Under the pieces are notes generated by a model that saw only the letters and a program-made list of their open reading frames with translations, was not told the DNA's origin and did no database searches. Of a DNA stretch of 64,000 nt, positions 9,663 to 20,026 are shown one piece after another. Location of the stretch: positions 960,001-1,024,000 of the forward strand of contig CAWCAG010000005.1 in the NCBI GenBank assembly GCA_963793425.1, given 5' to 3'. Each line of letters begins with the position of its first letter. Position 1 is the stretch's first letter. The DNA is from an uncultured cyanobacterium (GTDB lineage: Bacteria; Cyanobacteriota; Cyanobacteriia; Cyanobacteriales; CAWCAG01). The translations under genes were made by a program, and so were the position numbers.

Positions 9663-10910
9663 CTAGCCAACTAGGGAAGGAGATAGCATTTTCTTACTTT
9701 TATTAATAGAACGAATTTTTCCTTGTTTGGGTAAATGAACAGTGAAAGTTGTACCAACCCCAACTTCACTTTCTACATTAATTTCTCCTTCGTGAAGTTC
9801 TACACACTTCTGAGCAATAGACAATCCTAGACCTGTACCTTGAATCGTACCGACGTTACTGGCACGGTGAAAAGAGGAAAAGAGATTAGCTTGATCTTCA
9901 CTAGGAATGCCAATACCTTGATCAGTAACTTTTAAGGTAACTTGAGTAGGTTCCCCAACAAGCTGAAGAGAAACTAAACCCCCTTCAGGAGAATATTTAA
10001 GAGCGTTGGAGAGGAGATTTGTGATAAGCTGCCCTAAAAGCTTAGTATCAGCATAAAAGTCTTGGCAGTCCCCTTCACCTTGGTGAACAAATTCAATACG
10101 AGAAGAAGTGCTAGAGTTGGGTTGCATCTCCTCCACAATTTCGCGAGAAAAAGCGACTAAATCTACTGCTTGGGGACTAAACTTAAGTTTCTCAAATTCA
10201 GCTTGGTTAATGAAGAGTACATCATTAACTAAAGCAGTAAGGCTTTGTACTGCCTTTTGGATACGGTGGAAATATTTGCTTTGTTTCTCCTCATTTAACT
10301 TATGACGATAGACTTGGAGCAATTCCGCAGCAGAGTTAATTACTGTTAAAGGAGTGCGATACTCATGAGAAATTGTACTAATAATTCGTGATTTGAGTTC
10401 GCTTAACTTTCTTTCTGCGGTTAGGGCTTCTTGTAATTGAGCATCTTTAGCTTGCAACTCTTCAACTGCTTTTTGTAATTCGGCAGTACGTTGTTCAACA
10501 CGTTGATCCAGCTCCAAAAATATTTGTTGACGTTGCAGAGCATAGCGAATTGCTCTAGTAAGTAGATGACTTTTAAAATGACCTTTAACTAAATAATCCT
10601 GAGCGCCTTCTTGCATTGCTGCCACAGCAATTTCTTCATTATCCATACCACTAAGAATAATTGTTGGTATTTGCGGAAATGAAGCATGAAGAGTACGGAA
10701 GGTTTGTAAGCCTTGCTCATCAGGTAAAGACAAGTCTGTAAGGATCAAATCAATTCCCCCTTGAGAAATGCGTTCTACACCAGCTTGTAGGGTTTCCACA
10801 TTTTCTAGGGTGACAGAGAATTGTTGAGCGCGTTCTAAATACTCCTCAATTAGATCCACATCTTCGATGTCATCTTCAATTAGGAGAAGTTTTGTGATTG
10901 AACTTGACAT
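9663..10910 (-). CDS. Hybrid receiver-histidine kinase (REC-HisKA-HATPase)
   Basis: N-terminal LLLIEDD...DLILTDLSLPD receiver; ISHEYRTPL H-box; NLLSNALKYS; GTGLGL. Confidence 0.92.
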   Translation of the reverse strand: MSSSITKLLLIEDDIEDVDLIEEYLERAQQFSVTLENVETLQAGVERISQGGIDLILTDLSLPDEQGLQTFRTLHASFPQIPTIILSGMDNEEIAVAAMQEGAQDYLVKGHFKSHLLTRAIRYALQRQQIFLELDQRVEQRTAELQKAVEELQAKDAQLQEALTAERKLSELKSRIISTISHEYRTPLTVINSAAELLQVYRHKLNEEKQSKYFHRIQKAVQSLTALVNDVLFINQAEFEKLKFSPQAVDLVAFSREIVEEMQPNSSTSSRIEFVHQGEGDCQDFYADTKLLGQLITNLLSNALKYSPEGGLVSLQLVGEPTQVTLKVTDQGIGIPSEDQANLFSSFHRASNVGTIQGTGLGLSIAQKCVELHEGEINVESEVGVGTTFTVHLPKQGKIRSINKSKKMLSPSLVG

Positions 10911-10963
10911 TCTTGCGACTTAAACAGTGAATACTACTACGTTATTCATTAATTTTTTACTCG

Positions 10964-11449
10964 TCAATGGGGAGGCAATTTAACAATAGTAAACCAAAAG
11001 CTTTCTATAGATTTAAGAATTCGCTCAAACTGCCTAATACCAACGGGTTTTTGGACATAACAGTTAGCTCCTAAGCGGTAACTTTTGAGGACATCTTCTT
11101 CTGCATCAGAGGTGGTAAGAATTACTACAGGAATATGCTGGATCGCCTCATTTTGCCTAATTTCTTGTAAAATTTCTTGCCCGCTCATACCAGGAAGATT
11201 GAGATCAAGCCAAATCAAATCTGGTAGTTCCTGTTCAACATATTCCCCTTGTTGATTAAGATAGGCAAGGGCTTCTTCTCCATCATGAACGACATTAAGC
11301 TTGACCATCACTTTGGATTGCGCTAAAGCTTCTTCTGTTAAATCTACATCTTCAGGATCATCTTCAATGAGGAGGACATTAATCATTTGGCTTGGCTTAA
11401 TTTGCATAACTGTTTGGTCTTGCTGTTGTGTATTTTCACACTGTGACAA
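10964..11449 (-). CDS. Single-domain response regulator, Rcp1-like
   Basis: VLLIEDD, PDLIWLDLNLPG, IPVVILTTS, GANCYVQKP, FWFTIVKLP C-terminus typical of Rcp1-family receivers. Confidence 0.9.
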   Translation of the reverse strand: MSQCENTQQQDQTVMQIKPSQMINVLLIEDDPEDVDLTEEALAQSKVMVKLNVVHDGEEALAYLNQQGEYVEQELPDLIWLDLNLPGMSGQEILQEIRQNEAIQHIPVVILTTSDAEEDVLKSYRLGANCYVQKPVGIRQFERILKSIESFWFTIVKLPPH

Positions 11450-11454
11450 CCATC

Positions 11455-11990
11455 TTATGAACTTTGAAGGGTGAAGTAAAAAGTTGTACCGTAGCCCGGT
11501 TTAAATTCCAGCCAAATTTCTCCCCCATGGCGCTCAACAATTTTTTTACAGACAGCTAAACCAATGCCTGTACCTGGGTATTTACTGCGGCCGTGAAGTC
11601 TTTGAAAAATTTCAAAAACTTTCTCGGTATGTTGGGGCTGAATGCCAATACCATTATCTGCTACGGAAATATAGCATTTTCCGGCTTTCTGCTCAGTTTT
11701 GATGGTCATAATCGGGTCTTGTTTAGCTCTAAACTTGATGTCATTGGCAATCAGGTTTTGTAATAGCTGAGAAATTTGCACTGGATGAGCAGAAACAATA
11801 AAGCAATCACCATCCGAAAAGGTACATCTTTGCGTTTACGCAGGAAATATAGCAAAGTTAGAGGAATTGAGTAATAAGCTAAAAAAATTAATGAGTCAGA
11901 AATGATGTGCAACCCAAGTAAACCAGGTTGCCACATATAGCAGTGACCGTGGGGGATGTAGTTGTTAGGAAAGAGGATGTTTTGGAACAT
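11455..11990 (-). pseudogene. Internally deleted histidine kinase: first helix of an ethylene-binding-type domain fused out of frame to a HATPase C-terminus
   Basis: PHGHCY...SDSLIFLAYYSIPLTLLYF N-terminus; frame switch near 11795-11805 into IVSAHPVQISQLLQNLIAN...GTGIGL; no H-box present. Confidence 0.8.
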
Positions 11991-12031
11991 GATGGGGAGG
12001 TGGGGAGCTAGGGAGATAGACTGATCATTGA

Positions 12032-15000
12032 CTAGCCATTAACAGGTAGAGTGAAATAAAAGGTTGTTCCTTTTCCGAATTCTGATTTTAGCCAAATTTT
12101 GCCGCCGTGACGTTCGACGATTTTTTTGCAGATGGCTAAACCAATACCTGTACCTTCATATTTACTGCGACTGTGGAGTCTTTGAAATATTTCAAAGACT
12201 TGCTCGGTATATCTAGACTTGATCCCCACCCCATTATCAGCAATGGAAATCAACCATTCATTTTCTTTCTGTTGAGCTTTAATTTGAATTACGGGGGTTC
12301 CGTCCCCTTGAAATTTGATAGCATTGGCAACTAGGTTTTGTAGTAATTGGGTTATTTGTCCAGGATGGACTGAAATTGTGGGGAGGGGAGCGACGAGAAT
12401 TTGGGCTTTTGTTTGGGCGATCGCAACCCCTAAATCATCCCTAACTTGTTCTAGAATGCTATTCAAGTCTGTGGGTTTTCGGAGTAATTCGGTTCTATGT
12501 ACTCGCGAGTAGGTTAATAAGTCGGAGATGAGGTTTTGCATCCGAGTTGTTCCTTTAGTTAAGGCACTGATATATTTATCAGCTTTCTCATCTAACTGAC
12601 CTTGATATTTTTCTTCTAAGAGTTCCACATAGCTCTGAATTTTTCGTAGGGGTTCGCGCAAATCATGAGAAGCGATGTAAGCGAATTGTTCTAATTCTTG
12701 ATTGGAGTTGAGAAGTTCTTGATTAACTTGTTGTAGTTGATGGCGGGAATTAATCCGTTCTGTAATTACTTCAGTGAACATAATTATGCCACCGATTTCT
12801 CCCTGATTTTTGAACCAAGGATGAATTTCCCATCTCAGCCACTCTGTGCTGCCATCAGCCCTAACAAAGGAGTCTTCGTCGCATTTTTCTATTGCCCCAG
12901 CTAAACAGTGTTTGTGAATCTCTTGCCAACGTTGGGGAACAGACGGGAAAATTTCGTAGTGAGAACGACCAACAATATCTTCTCCATTTAAGTTATATTG
13001 AGCTAACCAATTTTTGCTATTCGCTAAATAGCACATCTGGACATCAAACATGGCGATGGCAATGGGAGCATTAGTGATAAATAGTCGCAGACGTTCTTCA
13101 CTTGCTTGTAACGCTAACTCAGCCTCTTTGCGCTTGGTAATATCGCGGATAATACCTAAAAAACCTAAACTATTTCCCTCATCATCTGTAACTTGGGAAC
13201 CTACAGTTTCACTAATAAACGAACTGCCATCTTTACGAGAATAAGTTACTTCATAGGGTAAAAGTTGATCTTCAGCGTTGAGGTGATAACGTTTTCTGCC
13301 CTGCTCTTGATAGTCTTCCTGGCTACTATACAGTACCGAACTATTCTGTCCAATTGCTTCAGAGGGTTTATAGCCAAAGAGTTTGGTAAAAGCAGAGTTA
13401 ACTTCAATAATTTTACGCTGGCTATTGACAAAAACTAAAGCATCGGGTACCGAACGCAAAATTGCTGCAACCTCAGCATTTTTAAGATGTAGAATTTCTT
13501 CTGCTTCCTGACGCTGTTGTATTTGAGTTTCTAAAGCAGCGGTTCTTACCTTAACTTTTTGTTCTAATTCTTCCTGGGTTTGTTTTAAGGAAGTAATATC
13601 TTTGGCTAAACCAACTAAGCCTAAAACTTCACCTTGGGCATTTCGATAAACATTTTTGCTAGTCAGGAAAACTTGAGTTTCCCCTGCAATAGTCAAAGTT
13701 TCTTCAATTTCTTCAGAGATTCCTGAATTAATAATTTTTTTGTCCTTGGCTTGGACTTCACCCAATATTTCTGGTGGAAAAAAGCTTGTATCATCTTGCC
13801 CCAACACTTCGGCAACAGTGCGATTGAGGATTTTTGCCCCAGGTTGATTAATAAACTGATAGCGTCCTTGAGTGTCTTTAACGAAAATGGCATCTGAGGT
13901 GGAATCAATGATGGTTTGCAAGAGATTATAACTAGCTGCTAAATCTGTTTCCACCTGCTTTTGCTGGCTTAAATTCCGGCTCACCGTAGAAAAATACTCC
14001 ACATCACCACTCTGGTTTTTGTGAGCAATAATCATTTGCGAAACAGGAATTTCCTTTCCTTGGCTAGTTTGTAAGGTATTTTCCCCAACCCATACCCCAT
14101 TTTGAACAGCAGTAGGTATACCAAGTTCAGTAATAATTTTCACTGTTGATTGAGGATGATAATCAAATATCTTTAATCGGGAAATATCAGCATCAGAAGT
14201 TAGCCCTAAAACCTTTCTACTTGAGGAGTTACTCCAGACAAGCTGACCCTCAGAATCAGCAAGGCTGATACAATCAGTAGAGGCTTCCAGAATAGAAATA
14301 AGACGCTGTTGTTGGGCTTCAACAAGCAGGCGCTGTTCAATTTCAGTGGTGAGATTCTCGATTATCCTTTTAAGGAGTGAAGTACGCCGCCTAACTTTAG
14401 TGTCGAGTTCTTGATTAAGCTGCTGTAAAGCTTCTTCGGCTTTTTTCAAATTACTAATATCCCGCCCTTCGGAAATAATCACCACAACTCTTCCTTCAGG
14501 ATTGAAAACAGGTTTTAAGGAAAAGTCAATGGTAACTACTTCGTCTTGCTTACCCAAAATCTCAACTTCATAACGAACAAACTCACCTTCATTAGCAGTT
14601 AGGATCGCCTTTCTAAGTTTTTCTTGGATGGCAGGAGATTTTTGCCACCATCGAACTTGCCAAAATGGTTGCCCCTGAATTTCTTCTAGCTTCAGTCCAC
14701 CAAAATCAAGGGCTACTTCATTGGCATCTAGCAAAATCCCTTGGGGAGAAATCATGGCGATGGATTGAAAAGTATGGGCAAAAAGTGCTTTATATTTACG
14801 TTCACTCCTTTGCAACTGTTCTACCTGGGCTTGGAGTTTTTGGTTACTATCAACCAAAGTGCCAAGACGTTCGTGAATTTGAGCTTGCTTTTGTTGAGAG
14901 CAAGATGGCTCTAGCACAGTGCCAGTAGCGATGAAGTACTCTATTTCTCCTTTGGGGCTAAAACAGGTTGAATTAGCCCAGGAAATAAGCTGTTTTTTAC

Positions 15001-15316
15001 CCTGTTTGCTTAACCAAAAGCTTTGATAATCTTGAACTTCTTTTTGATGGGCGATCGCCGCTGCAAAGATGTTTTGAGTTTTAGCAGCAGAATCAGGAGC
15101 AACCAGCTTCTCCCAAATCACTTCTCCAATCACCTCTGCTTTGCAGTAACCCGTCAATTGTTCACAATGACGATTGAAGTGAATAATGCGTCCTGTACAA
15201 TCTAAAACTAAGACCAAAGCATTAACACTATTTAAGAGGGTTCCAGTTAAATCTGCATTTCGCTTAACAGCCTCAAAAAGAGTAGCTGAAGAAGTTGTTA
15301 ATAACTCTTTGCTCAT
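12032..15316 (-). CDS. Multi-PAS sensor histidine kinase (bacteriophytochrome-like kinase subclass)
   Basis: About six PAS/PAC repeats; LEQFAYIASHDLREPLR H-box; FEIFQRLH; GTGIGL. Confidence 0.93.
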   Translation of the reverse strand: MSKELLTTSSATLFEAVKRNADLTGTLLNSVNALVLVLDCTGRIIHFNRHCEQLTGYCKAEVIGEVIWEKLVAPDSAAKTQNIFAAAIAHQKEVQDYQSFWLSKQGKKQLISWANSTCFSPKGEIEYFIATGTVLEPSCSQQKQAQIHERLGTLVDSNQKLQAQVEQLQRSERKYKALFAHTFQSIAMISPQGILLDANEVALDFGGLKLEEIQGQPFWQVRWWQKSPAIQEKLRKAILTANEGEFVRYEVEILGKQDEVVTIDFSLKPVFNPEGRVVVIISEGRDISNLKKAEEALQQLNQELDTKVRRRTSLLKRIIENLTTEIEQRLLVEAQQQRLISILEASTDCISLADSEGQLVWSNSSSRKVLGLTSDADISRLKIFDYHPQSTVKIITELGIPTAVQNGVWVGENTLQTSQGKEIPVSQMIIAHKNQSGDVEYFSTVSRNLSQQKQVETDLAASYNLLQTIIDSTSDAIFVKDTQGRYQFINQPGAKILNRTVAEVLGQDDTSFFPPEILGEVQAKDKKIINSGISEEIEETLTIAGETQVFLTSKNVYRNAQGEVLGLVGLAKDITSLKQTQEELEQKVKVRTAALETQIQQRQEAEEILHLKNAEVAAILRSVPDALVFVNSQRKIIEVNSAFTKLFGYKPSEAIGQNSSVLYSSQEDYQEQGRKRYHLNAEDQLLPYEVTYSRKDGSSFISETVGSQVTDDEGNSLGFLGIIRDITKRKEAELALQASEERLRLFITNAPIAIAMFDVQMCYLANSKNWLAQYNLNGEDIVGRSHYEIFPSVPQRWQEIHKHCLAGAIEKCDEDSFVRADGSTEWLRWEIHPWFKNQGEIGGIIMFTEVITERINSRHQLQQVNQELLNSNQELEQFAYIASHDLREPLRKIQSYVELLEEKYQGQLDEKADKYISALTKGTTRMQNLISDLLTYSRVHRTELLRKPTDLNSILEQVRDDLGVAIAQTKAQILVAPLPTISVHPGQITQLLQNLVANAIKFQGDGTPVIQIKAQQKENEWLISIADNGVGIKSRYTEQVFEIFQRLHSRSKYEGTGIGLAICKKIVERHGGKIWLKSEFGKGTTFYFTLPVNG

Positions 15317-15487
15317 GAAGTTTTTTACCTAGCACCTACTGCACTCAATTACTAAGTGTTAGCTCCAGTTTGGTCTTTTTACTGGAAATGTGCAATCTGG
15401 TATAAATACGTAAATACTTTTGAACTTCAGAACTTACCAGCAAGCACAACTTCTTTTACTAGCTGCCTTGTCTCTCTAATTATTTTA

Positions 15488-15899
15488 AGGAGAGAGTTGG
15501 ACATAAGCCGGGTTCTGTTCTTTTATTAGTTGCCTAACAAAAAGGGTAGTTATCTATCTGGGATATCTGTTACCAGACACCTCTAGCGGTTCACACATGA
15601 CGGAACTGGTAAAAGACCAACCATAGTTCCTTCGACCTTGCTTCCCACCGGGGTTTACCGAGCCAGCACTTCTCAATGCTGCTGGTGCGCTCTTACCGCA
15701 CCTTTGCACCCTTACCTCTTTCATGGATCATTAATCATTGACCATTAATCATTGAAAGAGGCGGTATGTTTCTGTGGCACTATCCTCACGGTCGCCCGCA
15801 CTGGAAGTTATCCAGCAAGTTTGGTCTTTCGGAAGCCCGGACTTTCCTCAGCATCTTTGCAAAAAAAAGTGCTGCAACCACCTACACCAGCTCTCTCCT
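15488..15899 (-). ncRNA. rnpB: RNase P RNA, bacterial type A
   Basis: Minus strand GAGGAAAGTCCGGGC, AGTGCCACAGAAA, GGGTGCAAAGGTGCGGTAAGAGCGCACC, AACAGAACCCGGCTTA; P1 arms aggagagagctgg / ccaactctctcct. Confidence 0.97.
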
Positions 15900-15931
15900 A
15901 TTTATAAGTGTAATACTTTTGTCCCACTATA

Positions 15932-16018
15932 TTGATCATTGGGCATTGATTAATGATCATTGATCATTGATCATTGTAGGGCTTGCCCTTGCCGTTAGGC
16001 ATCATTGATCATTGATAA
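15932..16018. repeat. TGATCAT STRR tract interrupted by a 24-nt double-hairpin element
   Basis: tgatcat units with tagggcttgcccttgccgttaggc inserted at 15977-16000. Confidence 0.8.
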
Positions 16019-16026
16019 CCAAGTAA

Positions 16027-17046
16027 ATGACAAACAAATCTTCTTTAAGAATCGCTCTCCCCAGTAAAGGAGCATTAGATAAAGGTACGAGAGAATTCCT
16101 TGGGGCTGCTGGTTTAAAAGTATCTCGTCCCAGTGAAAGACAATATGTCGGCAAAATTCCGGCCATACCAGATATATTTTTACTTTTCCAAAGAGCAGCA
16201 GATATCTTCCGTAAGGTGGAAGAAGGCAGCGCCGACTTAGGCATTACTGGCTACGATGTTGTTTGTGAAGAAGGACAGGATCATGATGATGTGGTGGTGA
16301 TTAGCGATCGCCTGGGTTACGGCAAATGTGAGTTGGTTTTGGCTGTTCCTGATAGCTGGATTGATGTTGCTTCTATTGAAGATTTAGCGGATCTGACTTT
16401 ACTATTTAGAGAAAAGGGTAAAGAGTTAAGAATTGCCACCAAATATACTAACCTGACCCGTAAATGGTTGTACCAAAAGCGGGTAGTCCATTTTTCTTTA
16501 GTAGAAGCCCACGGAGCCTTAGAAGCTGCACCTCGCATGGGTTATGCTGATATGATTGTTGATGTGACTTCCACCGGGACAACCTTAAGGGAAAATCATC
16601 TTAAACGCTTGACTGGCGGTACTCTTTTGAATTCCCAAGCTTGTTTAATTGCCAATAAAAGACTTTTAAAAGAAGATCCTCACAAGTTAGAGATAACCAA
16701 GCAAATTTTAGAATTAATTGAAGCTGAACAGGAAGCAAATAAATATCTTTCTATTACAGCGAATGTACAAGGGAATTCAGCCGATGAAATTGGCAAACGC
16801 TTAGTAGAAAATCAACAACAAGTGGGCTTAACAGGATTGCGTGGTCCCACTGTAGCTAAGGTGTATTCCGATGCAGGAGATAATTGGTATGCCGTAACCA
16901 TTGTGGTTAAGCAAGAAATTTTGTTATCAGCAGTAGAGCATTTGAGAAGTATTGGCGGCAGAGATATTACTGTTATCTCACCTAATTACATCTTTGGTAA
17001 AAACTCTCTGGTTTATCAAGATTTTGAGTCCAAGTTATTCAACTAA
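16027..17046 (+). CDS. hisG: ATP phosphoribosyltransferase, long form with C-terminal regulatory domain
   Basis: LRIALPSKG, ADLGITGYD, RIATKY, GALEAAP, IVDVTSTGTTLRENHL plus about 100 aa C-terminal domain. Confidence 0.95.
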   Translation: MTNKSSLRIALPSKGALDKGTREFLGAAGLKVSRPSERQYVGKIPAIPDIFLLFQRAADIFRKVEEGSADLGITGYDVVCEEGQDHDDVVVISDRLGYGKCELVLAVPDSWIDVASIEDLADLTLLFREKGKELRIATKYTNLTRKWLYQKRVVHFSLVEAHGALEAAPRMGYADMIVDVTSTGTTLRENHLKRLTGGTLLNSQACLIANKRLLKEDPHKLEITKQILELIEAEQEANKYLSITANVQGNSADEIGKRLVENQQQVGLTGLRGPTVAKVYSDAGDNWYAVTIVVKQEILLSAVEHLRSIGGRDITVISPNYIFGKNSLVYQDFESKLFN

Positions 17047-17063
17047 AACAATGTATATAAAAA

Positions 17064-17100
17064 ATTGCTAATGGCTAATGGCTAATCGCTAGTTGCTAAT
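17064..17100. repeat. STRR heptamer tract (TGGCTAA-like)
   Basis: ttgctaa tggctaa tggctaa tcgctag ttgctaa. Confidence 0.7.
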
Positions 17101-17160
17101 AGTTTTCACCCATTTCCCAAGCTCCTTAGCTACCCATCTCCCTAGCCACCCATCTGCTCG

Positions 17161-17937
17161 TCAATTTTCCCAATCTTCAATAATTTTATCTAGATCAATA
17201 CCTTTTTCTAATAAACAAGCATGACCGCTTTCTGGCAAAATCATTACCTGGCCATTAGGAAGATGGCTAGCTAAATATTGGGCTTCTTTGACAGAAGGCA
17301 ACAACTGATCTGCAGCCCCCGCTACTATTAGTACTGGTTGTTGGAGAAGACGTAAGTTATCAACATTGGTTCTGAAGTCTCTCAATAAAGATAGTCGCCA
17401 AGATACGGTTTGAGGTGGTAGAGATTTCATGGCCTCTGTTAGGTCATACCTGTTTTGAGAAGTGACTTTACGGAAAACAATTAAAAAAGGTAATAAAATC
17501 AGTACAGACTGTCGATAGAGAAACTCTGGCATTGACTGAACTAGTTGTATGCCCCAACTTAAGAAAGGCTTTTTTAAGAAAGACGAGGCGCAGTTGACTA
17601 AAATAATTTTCTCAAACAGTTGAGGTTCCCTCAGAGCAACTTTAAGAGCTAAACAGCCTCCAAAAGATTCCCCACAGAGATAAATGGAGCGTTGAGGATG
17701 TTGTTGCAACTCTTGCTTAACTAAGTTAAGTAATTGACTACTCAGGATTTCCCAGTCATTAAGGTCATCCCCTGGGATCACGAGACAGCGTACATCAAAA
17801 CGCTTAGTTAAATTTCCTAGTTGCCCTCGTAATAGCTTGCCTGTACCATCCATTCCTGGCAAATAGATAAACAAGGGATAGTTGGGCTGATGATTATTAG
17901 CAATTAAAAAGTGGGGAATTACTTTGTCTTGAAGCAT
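17161..17937 (-). CDS. Alpha/beta hydrolase
   Basis: YLPGMDGTG, GESFGG nucleophile elbow, SGHACLLE. Confidence 0.9.
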   Translation of the reverse strand: MLQDKVIPHFLIANNHQPNYPLFIYLPGMDGTGKLLRGQLGNLTKRFDVRCLVIPGDDLNDWEILSSQLLNLVKQELQQHPQRSIYLCGESFGGCLALKVALREPQLFEKIILVNCASSFLKKPFLSWGIQLVQSMPEFLYRQSVLILLPFLIVFRKVTSQNRYDLTEAMKSLPPQTVSWRLSLLRDFRTNVDNLRLLQQPVLIVAGAADQLLPSVKEAQYLASHLPNGQVMILPESGHACLLEKGIDLDKIIEDWEN

Positions 17938-18313
17938 ATTTCCTAATGGTTTTAAGAAAACTTAACTTTACTTTACCTTATTACCTATATTTCTCATTCT
18001 GATATCAGTGATTTTTCACTATCAATTAATACATTAGAATGCAGAAAATGCTCTTATAACACTTAATCTATTCTGACAAAAAGTGTATTTAATTGTTGTG
18101 GTCATGGTATATATACTCAGTCTCGTGCAACAAGATGATTAAGGAAAAATCGAGAAATGATTAAGTTTTTATAAAGGCAAACTGAAGCTTTTATGAGTTT
18201 ATATCGTCTACAGTAGTGACAAGAAAAGCTGAGCGGGACAAACTAAAAACTAAAATAGATTGTCATAACCCATTTAGAATACTTAAATTAGTGGGGGAAC
18301 TTTATATAGTTAG

Positions 18314-19924
18314 ATGAATAATACCAATCATATTAAAAAGAAATTTGCTGTAACTACGCCGTTATACTACGTCAATGATGTCCCTCATATTGGTAGTGCT
18401 TACACTACTATGATTGCTGATGTAATAGCACGTTTTGAGCGTTTGCAAGGCAATTCTGTTTTGTTAATTACAGGAACAGACGAACATGGGCAAAAAATTC
18501 AACGGACAGCAGAAGCTAAGGGGTTAGACCCCCAGGAGCATTGTGACCAAGTTGTTAATAATTTTCTTGATCTTTGGGAGCAATTGAATATCCAATGGGA
18601 TCGCTTTATTCGCACTAGCAATGAGGATCACCATAAAATTGTTAAAGAGTTTTTTGAACGAGTTAATAACAATGGAGACATTTATCTTGATCGGCAACAG
18701 GGTTGGTATTGTGTTTCTTGCGAAGAGTTCAAAGAAAAAAAAGACTTAGTTGAAGACGGCTTCTGTTCTATCCATACTAACAAAAAAGCTGAATGGCGAG
18801 ATGAAGAAAACTACTTTTTTCGTCTATCTAAGTATCAAAAGCAATTAGAAAAACTTTATCAAGATAGGCCGGATTTTATTCAGCCAGGAACCCGTCGTAA
18901 CGAAGTCCTGAGCTTTGTTAAGCAAGGTTTGAAAGATTTTTCTATTTCCCGTATTAACCTCGATTGGGGTTTTCCTCTTCCTAATGACCCTAAGCAGACA
19001 ATTTATGTTTGGTTTGATGCTCTTTTAGGTTATGTTAGCGCCTTAGTTGATCCGGATTTAGAACCAACCTTGGAGAATGCTATATCTAGTTGGTGGCCAA
19101 TTAATTTGCATCTAATTGGTAAAGATATTTTACGCTTTCATGCTGTTTATTGGCCTGCTATGTTGATGTCTGCTCAAATTTCTCTCCCTCAAAAAGTTTT
19201 TGCCCATGGCTTTCTTACTAAAGATGGTCAAAAAATGGGCAAAACTTTAGGTAATACTATAGATCCAGTCAATTTAATTGATAAATATGGCTCTGATGCG
19301 GTACGTTACTATTTTTTAAAAGAAGTAGAATTAGGACAAGATGGTGACTTCAATGAAAAACGCTTTGTTCAAGTTCTCAATGCCGATCTTGCTAATGATT
19401 TAGGCAACTTGCTTAATCGTACTTTAGGTATGGCAAAAAAATATTGCCAGAGCAAAGTGCCAACTCTATCTACCGAAGAGATTAACCAAGATAATACTCT
19501 AAAACTTTTGGGTGCAGATTTAGGGAATCGTGTCGCAAATGCTTATCAATCTTTAGCCTTTGTTCAAGCTTGTGAAGAAGTCTTTAAATTAATTCGTGCT
19601 AGTAATAAGTTTATTGATGAGCAAGCGCCTTGGAGGTTGTATAAAGAAGGAAAACAAAAGCAAGTCGAACAAGTATTGTACTCTGTACTAGAATCAATTA
19701 GACTAGCAGCTTATTTCCTTTCTCCTATTGTCCCTAATCTTAGTGGTGATATTTATAAACAACTAGGTTTTGACATTGACTTTAATAATTCAATTCTTGT
19801 CAATAGTTCTACTCCTTTTAACAAACACAGACAGTGGGGAATGCTTCCTGGCAACCAAAGCCTAAGCAAACCCCAGCCTATTTTTGCACGATTAGACCCT
19901 CTTGAGTCTTCCTCCTCTTCTTAA
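18314..19924 (+). CDS. metG: Methionine--tRNA ligase
   Basis: PHIGSAY (HIGH-like), GTDEHGQKI, YVWFDAL, GKDILRFH, KMGKT (KMSKS-like). Confidence 0.97.
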   Translation: MNNTNHIKKKFAVTTPLYYVNDVPHIGSAYTTMIADVIARFERLQGNSVLLITGTDEHGQKIQRTAEAKGLDPQEHCDQVVNNFLDLWEQLNIQWDRFIRTSNEDHHKIVKEFFERVNNNGDIYLDRQQGWYCVSCEEFKEKKDLVEDGFCSIHTNKKAEWRDEENYFFRLSKYQKQLEKLYQDRPDFIQPGTRRNEVLSFVKQGLKDFSISRINLDWGFPLPNDPKQTIYVWFDALLGYVSALVDPDLEPTLENAISSWWPINLHLIGKDILRFHAVYWPAMLMSAQISLPQKVFAHGFLTKDGQKMGKTLGNTIDPVNLIDKYGSDAVRYYFLKEVELGQDGDFNEKRFVQVLNADLANDLGNLLNRTLGMAKKYCQSKVPTLSTEEINQDNTLKLLGADLGNRVANAYQSLAFVQACEEVFKLIRASNKFIDEQAPWRLYKEGKQKQVEQVLYSVLESIRLAAYFLSPIVPNLSGDIYKQLGFDIDFNNSILVNSSTPFNKHRQWGMLPGNQSLSKPQPIFARLDPLESSSSS

Positions 19925-20026
19925 ACAGAATATCTGCAATTATTCTATTTCAAGAAGACGAAGTTATGTAAACAAGGTTTTAAAACTAATTCAATCCCTT
20001 AAATAAAAAACGAGGAATTTAAAAAA

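Noticed and set aside
15766..15963. 65-aa ORF
   Set aside because: Antisense to rnpB and runs into an STRR tract
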